Shown here one piece after another: positions 49,596 to 59,398 of a stretch of 64,000 bases of DNA (positions are counted from its first letter, which is position 1; the number at the start of each line of letters is the position of its first letter). Origin of the DNA: Tissierellales bacterium (GTDB lineage: Bacteria > Bacillota > Clostridia > Tissierellales > Dethiosulfatibacteraceae); NCBI GenBank assembly GCA_016938195.1, contig JAFGVC010000061.1, positions 19,365 through 83,364 on the forward strand, given 5' to 3'. A program made the translations under genes and the position numbers. Under the pieces are notes generated by a model, which worked only from the letters and a program-made list of their open reading frames with translations, searched no databases and was not told where the DNA came from.

Positions 49596-50544
49596 TTTTC
49601 ACACCCCTTTTTTTAAGGTGTTTTACGGCTTCGTCGGTGATTGGAACAAAAATGTTAGCAATGAGAATGGCAAACATAATTCCTCCCGCAAAGAGTGCGA
49701 AGGCCCTAATGATAACCGTAATTGAACCAATAAGCAATCCATAGACGATACGTCCCTCAAAGGTCTTAGGCGATGTAATGGGATCAGTTGCCATAAAGAC
49801 GGCTCCGAATAAAAGACCACCTGCCAACAGGCCCCATAAAGGATTGGGAACTTGGGGAAGTCCTAAGAGATATAATGTTCCGCTCGTGAGGAAATATCCT
49901 ATTATGACGGAAAACACGGTTTCTTTGTAAGCTACCTTTTTCGTAAGCAGATAAATTGCCGAAAGAATAATCAAAAAAGCAGAAACTTCTCCAATTGAGC
50001 CCGAGACATTTCCGAAAAACAAATCAAAATAAGAAGATAAGACGCCACTTTCTCTATATATCAGCATAGGGGTTGATTGAGCCAGCACATCAATGGGTTC
50101 AGTCGTATAGGTTAAAAAACCTCCCATAAATTGTGTAGCAGGAGCAGACCATTGCGCGGTCAAATATTTGGCAAATGAAACATATACAAAAGCTCTGGCG
50201 GCAGCGGCAGGATTGAAAACATTTTTGCCAAAACCGCCAAAGGTCTCACGAGCAAAGACGATACCGAAAATCATTCCGATAGAAGCAATCCAAAAAGGTG
50301 TTCGAGGAGGTAAGGTTAACGTATATAATAAAGCAGAGACCAATACCGCCCAGGAAAACTTTTTATTCGTATTCCTAATAAAAAGCCATTCAGAGAATAA
50401 AGCTGAAACACAAGATACAATCGTTAAAAGCAATACTCTAAGCCCAAAAGTACCCACAGAAAAGATGAGTATGGGCATTAAGGAATAAAGTACTTTTTTC
50501 ATGGCACCCTGATTCATGAATTTTGTTTTCAATATATTAATCAA
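49588..50544 (-). CDS. RnfD/NqrB-like membrane subunit
   Basis: 318 aa, which is RnfD-like in length. GGFGKNVFNPAAAARAF and FMATDPITSP motifs. The TTG start lies 7 nt after GGAGGAGG. Confidence 0.85.
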   Translation of the reverse strand: MINILKTKFMNQGAMKKVLYSLMPILIFSVGTFGLRVLLLTIVSCVSALFSEWLFIRNTNKKFSWAVLVSALLYTLTLPPRTPFWIASIGMIFGIVFARETFGGFGKNVFNPAAAARAFVYVSFAKYLTAQWSAPATQFMGGFLTYTTEPIDVLAQSTPMLIYRESGVLSSYFDLFFGNVSGSIGEVSAFLIILSAIYLLTKKVAYKETVFSVIIGYFLTSGTLYLLGLPQVPNPLWGLLAGGLLFGAVFMATDPITSPKTFEGRIVYGLLIGSITVIIRAFALFAGGIMFAILIANIFVPITDEAVKHLKKRGVKNA

Positions 50545-50651
50545 GTCATGGCCTCCTCCAAAAAGAATAAACTTCTATTTAAATTTTAACAGAGGCGGAC
50601 ACGTCAAGCAACAAATAATATATCATATAAAGACTCATTTAAATATTCATA

Positions 50652-50753
50652 AGAAAATCATTATCATAAAAGCACTTTTATAAAAAATAATTATTGAATT
50701 GACAGGAGACTGAAAACCATATAGAATATCATTGTTAATAATAATTATTATCA
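50652..50753. promoter_or_regulatory. feoAB promoter with Fur boxes in the divergent nqr-like/feoA intergenic region
   Basis: TTGACA (50699-50704), a 17 nt spacer, then TAGAAT (50722-50727). TTAATAATAATTATTATCAA (50735-50754) contains two overlapping 7-1-7 Fur motifs (TAATAAT-A-ATTATTA and TAATAAT-T-ATTATCA). A second box, AGAAAAT-C-ATTATCA, lies at 50652-50666. Confidence 0.65.
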
Positions 50754-50789
50754 ATTATTAAACACTATACTATAAAGGAGAGGATTCTA

Positions 50790-51017
50790 ATGTCTCTTAC
50801 GCACGCAAAAAAGGGTGAATGCTTCACACTAGAATATATCGAGTCCGGGAACAGGGCTAAACGTAAGCTTCAAGACATGGGCTTGACTCCCGGAGTTAAA
50901 ATATGTGTTGTTTCGAACAGTAGCTTTGGACCGATTATACTTGAATTAAGAGGTTCAAGAATAGCATTAGGAAGAGGATTGGTAGATAAGATAGCAGTTA
51001 GGAGGATTGATGAATGA
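50790..51017 (+). CDS. feoA: ferrous iron transport protein A
   Basis: A 75 aa SH3-like FeoA (LQDMGLTPGVKI). Overlaps the feoB start. Confidence 0.9.
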   Translation: MSLTHAKKGECFTLEYIESGNRAKRKLQDMGLTPGVKICVVSNSSFGPIILELRGSRIALGRGLVDKIAVRRIDE

Positions 51018-52996
51018 ACATGGATATTTTCAAGATTGCCCTTGCCGGCAATCCGAATAGTGGAAAGACAACCTTGTTCAATGCTTTGACAGGCAGTAAT
51101 CATTATGTGGGTAACTGGGCAGGGGTCACAGTAGAAAAAAAAGAAGGACGAATTCAGTTTGCCGAGCATATAATGGATATTGTCGATTTACCGGGTATTT
51201 ATAGTCTTTCTCCTTATACGCTTGAAGAGAAGATTTCAAGAGACTTTATTTTAAGAGAAAATCCTGATGTGGTATTAAATATTGTAGATGCGACTTCATT
51301 AGAAAGAAGCTTATACCTAACATTACAATTAATAGAGCTTGGCAAACCGGTCATTGTTGCACTAAATATGATGGATGAGGCTAAAAAGAAAAATATTGAG
51401 TTAGATCTTCAAAATCTATCTATAGCGCTGGGGGTACCTGTAGTGCCTATTGTCGCATTAAAAAAAGAAGGCATTGAGAAATTGATGCAAGAAATTATAG
51501 ATGCACACCACAATAAAGCAAGTTATCGACCGGTGAAATTTAATTACGGTGATGAGGTAGAGAATTTTGTTAAAGAAGTCGAACTAAAGCTCCCAAAAAA
51601 TCTCAAGGAACAGTATGAATCGCGATGGATTGCTTTAAAATTATATGAGAGAGATAGGGAAATACAAAATCTTGTCAGCCCATTTGAGATGGAAAGCGAT
51701 TTAGAAAGTCCTGATCGAATGGCAAACTTAAGATATAAAGCTATTGGTGATATCGTTAATGGGGTTGCGGCATTGGAACATATTAAATATGATATCAGTA
51801 CGGACCGAATCGATAAGATTATCTTGAACCCATGGATTGGATTACCTATCTTTGGAATTGTAATGTGGGTTGTATTTTTTCTAACCTTTTCAGTAGGTGG
51901 ATATTTTGCAGATAAAGTAGACACTTTTTTTTCGGTATATTTGTCAAATGGCATTTCAGCTATTTTGACTTTTTTACAAGCGTCAGACTGGATGATTTCT
52001 CTGGTAGTGGATGGAATTATTGGAGGGGTCGGCGGTGTGTTGACATTTGTACCGAATATTGCAATTATATTTATTATGATATCTCTCTTAGAGGATACGG
52101 GTTATATGGCAAGAGCGGCCTATCTAATGGATGACATCATGAGCAAAGTAGGGTTAAACGGCAAAGCTTTTATCTCTATGATTTTAGGCTTTGGATGTAA
52201 TGTTCCGGCCATTATGGCCACCAGAACAATAGAAAATGAAAATGATCGAATGATTGCTATATTGATTAACCCATTTATGTCTTGTGGTGCCAGATTTCCT
52301 ATATATGTTTTGTTTTCATCTGTCTTTTTCCCAGGCAATGAAACAGCGGTTACCTTTTCCCTCTATATTTTAGGAATTGCGATGGCAATGCTTTTCGCTT
52401 ATATTTTTAGAAAGACTTTGTTCAAAGGAGAAAAAAGTCCTTTTATTATGGAGCTACCACCTTACAGATTTCCCAAAACAAGTGATTTATTAATCCATAT
52501 ATGGGAAAAAGTGAAAGGATATTTGATTAAAGCGGGGACAGTTATATTTGCAGCGAGTGTTGTGATTTGGGTCGTGCTTAATTTTAATACAACGGGCTTG
52601 GTAGATATTACAGAAAGCTTTGGGGCGACGATTGGCCGTTTTATTGCACCAATCTTTAAGCCTCTTGGTTTTGGAACTTGGCAAAGTGCACTTTCATTGA
52701 TATCAGGCATCGTAGCTAAGGAAATAGTGGTGGCTAATACATCTATCATTTATGGACTGGCAGAAAATGCAGGAAATGCTGAAGTAATGGCCGTACTTTC
52801 TCAAGCCTTTTCAAAAGTTTCTGCCTATGCTTTTATGGTTTTTGTGTTGCTTTACACCCCATGCGTCGGAGTAATCGGTGTCATTAAAAGAGAAACAAAT
52901 TCTTGGAAATGGACGGGTTTTTCAGTGCTTTACCAATTTTTGGTGGCATGGATTATGGCTTTTCTCTTTTACAATGTTGGACAACTCATATTTTAA
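51014..52996 (+). CDS. feoB: ferrous iron transporter FeoB
   Basis: N-terminal G-domain GNPNSGKTT, DLPG, NMMD, followed by a polytopic membrane domain. Confidence 0.96.
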   Translation: MNMDIFKIALAGNPNSGKTTLFNALTGSNHYVGNWAGVTVEKKEGRIQFAEHIMDIVDLPGIYSLSPYTLEEKISRDFILRENPDVVLNIVDATSLERSLYLTLQLIELGKPVIVALNMMDEAKKKNIELDLQNLSIALGVPVVPIVALKKEGIEKLMQEIIDAHHNKASYRPVKFNYGDEVENFVKEVELKLPKNLKEQYESRWIALKLYERDREIQNLVSPFEMESDLESPDRMANLRYKAIGDIVNGVAALEHIKYDISTDRIDKIILNPWIGLPIFGIVMWVVFFLTFSVGGYFADKVDTFFSVYLSNGISAILTFLQASDWMISLVVDGIIGGVGGVLTFVPNIAIIFIMISLLEDTGYMARAAYLMDDIMSKVGLNGKAFISMILGFGCNVPAIMATRTIENENDRMIAILINPFMSCGARFPIYVLFSSVFFPGNETAVTFSLYILGIAMAMLFAYIFRKTLFKGEKSPFIMELPPYRFPKTSDLLIHIWEKVKGYLIKAGTVIFAASVVIWVVLNFNTTGLVDITESFGATIGRFIAPIFKPLGFGTWQSALSLISGIVAKEIVVANTSIIYGLAENAGNAEVMAVLSQAFSKVSAYAFMVFVLLYTPCVGVIGVIKRETNSWKWTGFSVLYQFLVAWIMAFLFYNVGQLIF

Positions 52997-53198
52997 TAAT
53001 ATATTTCATTAATTATATTAGTTTAACTTTTAAAATGATTACAACTATGATATAATATATTGTAGTTTATGAAATGGAGGTGACCAAATGCCTGAAGAGT
53101 TCAAAGCTGGATGCCAAAGGCCTTCAGTACAAGCGAACAATGTTGAGGAAAAGACAAAAGAAAATGTAGCGATTGAAAGTAAAAAGGAGGGAATGAGT

Positions 53199-53810
53199 AT
53201 GGTTAAAGTGGGTAAACCTGCACCGGATTTTACAGCACCTGGTTTTTTTGAGGGAAAATTTGCAAATTTTAAACTTTCTGAGTATCTTGGACAATGGGTT
53301 GTCCTTTGTTTCTACCCAGGAGATTTTACATTCGTCTGAGCGACTGAAGTTTCAGCAGTTGCTGAAAAGAATGAAGAGTTTAAAAAATTAGGGGTACAAG
53401 TTTTATCAATGAGCGTAGATAGTGTTTTTGTACACAAAATATGGAATGAAAATGAATTATCTAAAATGACGGGTAAGGACATTCCTTTCCCAATGTTATC
53501 TGATGCAGGCGGAACCATAGGCAAGATGTATGGGATTTACGATGAAGAAGGTGGCGTAGAGACAAGGGGCCGATTTTTAATAGATCCTGATGGTGTTATT
53601 CAAGGATTTGAAGTTTTAACCCCACCAGTTGGCAGAAATGTTAGTGAAACATTAAGACAAGTTCAAGCGTTCCAGTTGGTAAGAGCTTCAAAAGGAACTG
53701 AAGCGACTCCTTCCGGATGGAAACCCGGAAAGAAAGTATTAAAGCCAGGACCGGATTTGGTTGGAAATGTCTGGAAAGAATGGAAAGTATCCGAAGCTTT
53801 TGATGAATAA
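53199..53810 (+). CDS. prxU: selenocysteine-containing peroxiredoxin (PrxU-like); UGA 53337-53339 decoded as Sec47
   Basis: The two ORF-track ORFs (53088-53339 and 53409-53810) share a frame. Read-through gives FYPGDFTFV-U-ATE, i.e. the PxxxTxxC motif with UGA at the Cys position. A SECIS-like hairpin lies 10 nt downstream. A GGAGGG SD sits 7 nt before ATG 53199. An in-frame ATG at 53088 also has an SD. Confidence 0.85.
53350..53367 (+). other. putative bacterial SECIS apical hairpin
   Basis: The perfect inverted repeat TTTCAGCA/TGCTGAAA forms a 7-bp stem with an AGUU loop. It begins at the 11th nt after the UGA. Confidence 0.65.
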
Positions 53811-53823
53811 GCATACTATTTTG

Positions 53824-53856
53824 GAGGTTACAGCTCATCGCTGTAACCTCTTTTAT
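53824..53856 (+). terminator. intrinsic terminator after prxU
   Basis: GAGGTTACAGC-TCATC-GCTGTAACCTC followed by TTTTAT. Confidence 0.8.
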
Positions 53857-53975
53857 ATTTAAAGTAAACTTCATGTAAATTTTTCTTATGAGTGTTCATT
53901 TTTCAACACTTATAAATTCACGATATATACAACACCCCAAAAATATTATATAATAGTTAAAAGAGTGAGGAGCAA

Positions 53976-55847
53976 ATGATGAATAAAAGCATCGAATTTA
54001 ACACGAGTGAATTCCATAAAGGCAAATTATACGACGCTTATCATTTTTTTGGAGCGCATGTCGTATCTCATCAAGAAAGAAAAGGTGTGTATTTTCGATT
54101 ATGGGCGCCGCATGCGCAGCGTGTTTCTTTAGTTGGCTCTTTTAATTATTGGAATGATACGGCTAATCCAATGGAAAAAATTACCGATTCAGGGATATGG
54201 GAGTGTTTTTTCGAAAATATTGGAACTGGAGAAGTATATAAATATAAAATTTTTACACCTGAAGGCGGGATATTGTTTAAGGCTGATCCTTATGGTTTTT
54301 TTTCAGAAGTGAGACCCCAAAACTCTTCAATCGTATTTGATTTAAATCATTATACTTGGAAGGATAAAAATTGGATTAATCAGAGAAACAACAGAAATAG
54401 CTTGTGTCAGCCGATGAATATATACGAGATACACGCAGGATCTTGGAAAAGAAAAGAAGATAATAATTTTTTAAATTATAGGGAATTGGCGGAAGAATTA
54501 GTTCCTTATTTAAAAAAAATGAATTTTAATTATCTTGAAATCATGCCTTTGATGGAACACCCTTTTGATGGATCCTGGGGATATCAGACGACGGGTTACT
54601 ATTCAATCACAAGTCGGTACGGAAATCCGGAAGATTTGATGTACTTGATAGATCGTTGTCATCAAGAATCGATTGGTGTTATTTTGGATTGGGTACCCGG
54701 CCATTTCTGTAGGGACGACCATGGGCTAATGAATTTTGATGGAACTGAGTTATATGGCAAAATTGACCATCCGAATTGGGGTACAAAAAAATTCGATTTT
54801 TCAAAAAGTGAGGTTAAAAATTTTTTAATATCAAACGCATTGTTTTATTTTGCCAAATACCATATTGATGGCATTAGAGTAGATGGCGTGACATCTATCT
54901 TGCAGCTTAATTTTGGAATGGATGGAAACCCATTACGCAATATTAATAATGGCTATGAGGATTTGGATGGGATTGATTTTTTAAAAGAATTAAACCAAGC
55001 TGTATTTAAGAAATATCCTTTTGCAATCATGGCGGCAGAAGAATCGACTGATTGGCCTTTGGTTACTTATCCAACGCATGACGGAGGATTGGGTTTTAAT
55101 TATAAATGGAACATGGGATGGATGAATGATACTCTTTCTTATATTAAAAATGATCCTCTATTTCGCAAATATTTCCATGATAAGATAACCTTTTCGTTAG
55201 TATATGCGTTTAGCGAAAATTTTATTTTACCGTTTTCTCATGATGAGGTTGTCCATGGAAAAAAATCCCTAATTGCAAAGAGCCAAGGAAGTTATGAAGA
55301 TCAGTTCAAAACTTTAAAGCTTCTATCCATGTATCAAATGACTCATCCGGGTAAAAAATTAAGCTTTATGGGAAATGAGTGGGCCCCTTTTATTGAATGG
55401 AAGTATGACGATGCACTTGAATGGTTTTTGCTAGAGTATCCGATGCATGCTAAACACAGAAAGTTTATCGAAGATATCAATAGCCTTTATATGAATGAAA
55501 AGGCCTTGTGGTATATAGATAATAGTTGGGATGGCTTTGAGTGGATTGATTCAGACAATAGAAATCAAAGTATATTTTCTTATATTAGAAGAGATAGACA
55601 AGATTTTGTTATTATAATTTTGAACTTTACGCCAATAGTGTATGACAAATTCAGGATGGGCGTACCGGAGGAAGGACAATATGATGTTGTTTTAAACTCG
55701 GATTCAGAGCTTTATGTCGGTATAGGGATGACCAATCAACAAAACATTCAATCGGAGGCTATTGAAAAAAATGGTCGAGAAAACTCCATATTGATAAGGC
55801 TTCCAGGATTGACAGGATTAATAATAAAAAAGACCAAGAATAAGTGA
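53976..55847 (+). CDS. glgB: 1,4-alpha-glucan branching enzyme
   Basis: GH13 regions DWVPGHF, GIRVDGV, AEEST, SHDEV. Confidence 0.95.
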   Translation: MMNKSIEFNTSEFHKGKLYDAYHFFGAHVVSHQERKGVYFRLWAPHAQRVSLVGSFNYWNDTANPMEKITDSGIWECFFENIGTGEVYKYKIFTPEGGILFKADPYGFFSEVRPQNSSIVFDLNHYTWKDKNWINQRNNRNSLCQPMNIYEIHAGSWKRKEDNNFLNYRELAEELVPYLKKMNFNYLEIMPLMEHPFDGSWGYQTTGYYSITSRYGNPEDLMYLIDRCHQESIGVILDWVPGHFCRDDHGLMNFDGTELYGKIDHPNWGTKKFDFSKSEVKNFLISNALFYFAKYHIDGIRVDGVTSILQLNFGMDGNPLRNINNGYEDLDGIDFLKELNQAVFKKYPFAIMAAEESTDWPLVTYPTHDGGLGFNYKWNMGWMNDTLSYIKNDPLFRKYFHDKITFSLVYAFSENFILPFSHDEVVHGKKSLIAKSQGSYEDQFKTLKLLSMYQMTHPGKKLSFMGNEWAPFIEWKYDDALEWFLLEYPMHAKHRKFIEDINSLYMNEKALWYIDNSWDGFEWIDSDNRNQSIFSYIRRDRQDFVIIILNFTPIVYDKFRMGVPEEGQYDVVLNSDSELYVGIGMTNQQNIQSEAIEKNGRENSILIRLPGLTGLIIKKTKNK

Positions 55848-55854
55848 GGTAAAT

Positions 55855-58266
55855 ATGTTTCTAGATAAAGAAGCTTTTAAAAAAGAGTACAAAGATCGAT
55901 TTAAAGAAATAACAGGTGAAATTTTTGAAGAGAGCACATTAGAAGATCGTTACATTGTCCTGACTTCTCTTATTATGAAATATGTAGCGCCATATATGGC
56001 TGAAAGCCATTCGAAAATGAACAAGGAGAATAATGGGAAAAGAGTCTATTATTTTTCGATGGAGTTTTTGATAGGAAAGCTATTGATGATGAACTTAATG
56101 AACCTAGGTGTTTTGGATATAGTTTCAGAGGGATTAATTGATTTAGGAATCGATATAAACGAGTTAGAGGCCGTTGAAAAAGATGCTGGACTCGGAAATG
56201 GAGGATTAGGTAGATTAGCCGCTTGTTTCATGGATTCACTTGCTTTTCTAAATATACCCTCTGTTGGCATGGGAATCAGATACCGTTATGGCCTATTCGA
56301 ACAAAAAATCATTGATGGACATCAAGTCGAATTACCGGACAAATGGCTCCAAAGAGAATACAGATGGGAGATCAAAAAAACGTCAAAATCTGAGATTGTA
56401 AAATTTTATGGACATATCAAATTAGAAGAAATCCATGGCAAACTTCAGGTCATTCATGAAAACTATGAACCGGTTGCAGCGATACCCTATGATATTCCAA
56501 TTATAGATTATGATTCCAAAGACGTTAACTATTTGAGATTATGGAGTGCGGAAAGTGTGGATGATTTTGACTTAGCATCCTTTAACCGTGGAAACTATCT
56601 CAATGCGGTCAAGAATAAAGCAGCAGCAGAGGCCATAACTCATGTGCTTTATCCCAATGATTCAAATTACGAAGGTAGACTGCTCAGACTTAAACAACAG
56701 TATTTTTTTGTCAGTGCAGGGCTCAAGGGGATTATTAGAAGATATAAAACCAACAATGAAACGTTTAATGAAATTGAAAAGAAAATACAAATTCAAATAA
56801 ATGACACACATCCATCCCTGGTGATTCCTGAATTAATGAGAATTCTCATGGATGAAGAAGGTTTTGAATGGAAAGAATCATGGGACAAAGTCACTGAAAT
56901 TTGTGCTTATACAAATCATACGATATTGCCGGAAGCCCTTGAAACTTGGCCCGTTGATATGATGAAAAACCTGTTGCCTAGAATTTATATGATTATCGAT
57001 GAGATTAATAGAAGATTTATAGAGGAATGTACTGCAGAGGAAAGAAAGGTTAGAATTGAAAATTCGATTTTAAGAGATGGCGTTGTTCATATGGCTAATC
57101 TTGCCATTATAGGATCGAAATCTGTCAATGGCGTAGCCAAGCTACATACTGAAATTATTATCAAAGAAACCTTTAAGGGATTATATCAGATCTATCCTTG
57201 GAAATTTAATTCGAAGACGAATGGTGTCAGTCACCGAAGATTTCTGATGAAGGCCAATCCATACCTTGGCAATATGATTTCCGGCGCAATAGGAGAAGGT
57301 TGGAAAAAAAATGCCGAAAAGCTTCAAGAGCTTGAAGCGCATTGCGGAAAAGAAGACTGTTTGGAAAAATTATATCAGGCTAAAAGAAAAAACAAGGAAA
57401 GATTAGCGGCTTATGTTGAAAAAACTATGGGAATTCATCTCGATGTAGATTCTATATTTGATGTTCATGTTAAGCGGATTCATGAATATAAAAGGCAGCT
57501 ATTAAATGTCATTCATATCATGTACTTGTATGATAAAATCAAGCATGAAGACATGGTAATCGTTCCTAGGACGTTCATTTTTGCGGGAAAAGCAGCTCCC
57601 GGTTATTATATGGCTAAAAAAATCATTCAATTGATCAATAGCTTGGCTGAAATTGTAAATCAAGATAGAAAAGTGAGTCAATATATGAAAGTGATTTTCT
57701 TAGAAAACTTTAATGTGTCATTGGGAGAGTTGATTTATCCGGCTGCGGATGTATCCGAACAAATTTCGACCGCCGGAAAAGAGGCCAGTGGTACCGGAAA
57801 CATGAAATTCATGATGAATGGTGCATTGACTTTGGGAACTTTAGACGGCGCAAACGTTGAAATAGCAGAGAGAGTGGGCATGGATAACATTTTCATCTTT
57901 GGACTAAAATCAGAAGAGGTTTTGGCTCATCAAAAAAGGCAGGATTATTGCTCATATGATGACTACCATTCTAATCCGGATTTACGAAAAACCATCAACC
58001 ATTTTGTGGATGGATTTTTCAGATATGATATCGGAGAGTTCAAGGAAATCTATGATAGCTTAATCACTCACAATGATACCTATTTCGTGATAAAAGATTT
58101 TGAATCATACAAAGAAGCTCAAAAAAGAATCGAAACAACCTATCAAGATCGTCGACTTTGGTTTTCAATGACACTTAAAAATATTGCCAAATCTGGTTAT
58201 TTTTCAAGTGATAGAGCTATTTTGGATTATGATAGAGACATATGGCATATAAAAGGGGGCAATTAA
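55855..58266 (+). CDS. glgP: glycogen/maltodextrin phosphorylase
   Basis: 803 aa, with the PLP Lys in [15 protein letters not shown]. Confidence 0.96.
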   Translation: MFLDKEAFKKEYKDRFKEITGEIFEESTLEDRYIVLTSLIMKYVAPYMAESHSKMNKENNGKRVYYFSMEFLIGKLLMMNLMNLGVLDIVSEGLIDLGIDINELEAVEKDAGLGNGGLGRLAACFMDSLAFLNIPSVGMGIRYRYGLFEQKIIDGHQVELPDKWLQREYRWEIKKTSKSEIVKFYGHIKLEEIHGKLQVIHENYEPVAAIPYDIPIIDYDSKDVNYLRLWSAESVDDFDLASFNRGNYLNAVKNKAAAEAITHVLYPNDSNYEGRLLRLKQQYFFVSAGLKGIIRRYKTNNETFNEIEKKIQIQINDTHPSLVIPELMRILMDEEGFEWKESWDKVTEICAYTNHTILPEALETWPVDMMKNLLPRIYMIIDEINRRFIEECTAEERKVRIENSILRDGVVHMANLAIIGSKSVNGVAKLHTEIIIKETFKGLYQIYPWKFNSKTNGVSHRRFLMKANPYLGNMISGAIGEGWKKNAEKLQELEAHCGKEDCLEKLYQAKRKNKERLAAYVEKTMGIHLDVDSIFDVHVKRIHEYKRQLLNVIHIMYLYDKIKHEDMVIVPRTFIFAGKAAPGYYMAKKIIQLINSLAEIVNQDRKVSQYMKVIFLENFNVSLGELIYPAADVSEQISTAGKEASGTGNMKFMMNGALTLGTLDGANVEIAERVGMDNIFIFGLKSEEVLAHQKRQDYCSYDDYHSNPDLRKTINHFVDGFFRYDIGEFKEIYDSLITHNDTYFVIKDFESYKEAQKRIETTYQDRRLWFSMTLKNIAKSGYFSSDRAILDYDRDIWHIKGGN

Positions 58267-58267
58267 A

Positions 58268-59383
58268 ATGAATAATCAAAAGTGTATTGCGATGCTTTTA
58301 GCCGGAGGACAAGGCAGCCGGCTCAAAAATTTGACGGTGAATAATGCAAAACCCGGGGTCATGTTTGGTGGCAAGTACCGAATCATAGACTTTAGCTTGA
58401 GCAATTGCTTTCACTCTGATATTTTCACGGTGGGTGTGTTAACACAGTATAAACCGCTTTTGTTGAACCGTTATATTGGCAATGGTAGCTCTTGGGCGCT
58501 TGACAAGATAGATCAGGGGGTCTATATTTTGCCGCCTTATGTGGATAAACAGGGAGGTAATTGGTATTTTGGGACGGCGGATGCCGTTTATCAAAATTTA
58601 GCATTTATGGATATGTACAATCCGGAATACGTCCTGATTCTTTCCGGGGACCATATCTATAAAATGGATTATGCAAAAATGCTAAAATACACCATAGAGA
58701 AGGACGCTGACTTAACCGTATCCGTGATGGAGGTAGAATGGGAGGAAGCGAGTCGATTCGGGATTACAAACCTTGGAGAAGATATGAGGATTGTGACCTT
58801 TGATGAAAAACCCGAAAAACCAAAAAATAATATGGCTTCTATGGGAATTTATATATTTCGTTGGTCCATTTTGAGAGAAGCGCTTATTCGTGACGCAAAT
58901 GATGAAAGCTCAGACCATGATTTCGGCAAAAATATCATCCCAATGCTTCTCAATGAAAACAAAAGTATATTCGCTTATTTATTTGAGGGCTATTGGCGTG
59001 ATGTTGGCACGATAGAAAGCTATTATAAAGCCAATATGGATTTGCTAAGCGATTCAAAGGAATTTGATTTATCTTCCAAGGAAATGAGAATTTATTCAAA
59101 CAATCGAAACAGTCAGCCTCATTACATAGGGGAGTGTGCCAATATTGATAATAGCTTGATATGCGACGGGTGTTTAATTGAAGGACATGTGACACATTCA
59201 ATTTTGTCATATGATGTGACTGTTGGTAAAAATGCGGTGATTAAGGATTCTATTTTATTTAACAAAGTGGTTGTTGAAGAAGGTGCTGTGATTGAAAAAG
59301 CCATTATTGGAGAAAATATAAGGATAGAGAAAAACAAGAAGATTGGAAATGAAAACTCTGAAGAAATAATAGTCATCGCTTAA
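58268..59383 (+). CDS. glgC: glucose-1-phosphate adenylyltransferase
   Basis: [23 protein letters not shown], and a C-terminal left-handed beta-helix. Confidence 0.95.
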   Translation: MNNQKCIAMLLAGGQGSRLKNLTVNNAKPGVMFGGKYRIIDFSLSNCFHSDIFTVGVLTQYKPLLLNRYIGNGSSWALDKIDQGVYILPPYVDKQGGNWYFGTADAVYQNLAFMDMYNPEYVLILSGDHIYKMDYAKMLKYTIEKDADLTVSVMEVEWEEASRFGITNLGEDMRIVTFDEKPEKPKNNMASMGIYIFRWSILREALIRDANDESSDHDFGKNIIPMLLNENKSIFAYLFEGYWRDVGTIESYYKANMDLLSDSKEFDLSSKEMRIYSNNRNSQPHYIGECANIDNSLICDGCLIEGHVTHSILSYDVTVGKNAVIKDSILFNKVVVEEGAVIEKAIIGENIRIEKNKKIGNENSEEIIVIA

Positions 59384-59398
59384 CAGGAGGAAGGGATT

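Noticed and set aside
50545-50789. A hidden nqrA/rnfC gene upstream of the nqr-like operon
   Set aside because: The 245-bp spacer has no ORF in any frame of useful length. It is occupied by promoters and Fur boxes, and the next gene is divergent feoA.
51544-52749. Minus-strand ORFs (136, 72, 95 and 64 aa) inside feoB
   Set aside because: They are antisense to a strongly supported feoB and have no recognisable motifs.
53088-53810. Reading the two peroxiredoxin ORFs as a nonsense-mutated pseudogene
   Set aside because: The stop is a UGA exactly at the catalytic Cys codon. Homology continues in frame on both sides with no other lesions, and a hairpin sits at the SECIS position. Sec recoding is the simpler explanation.
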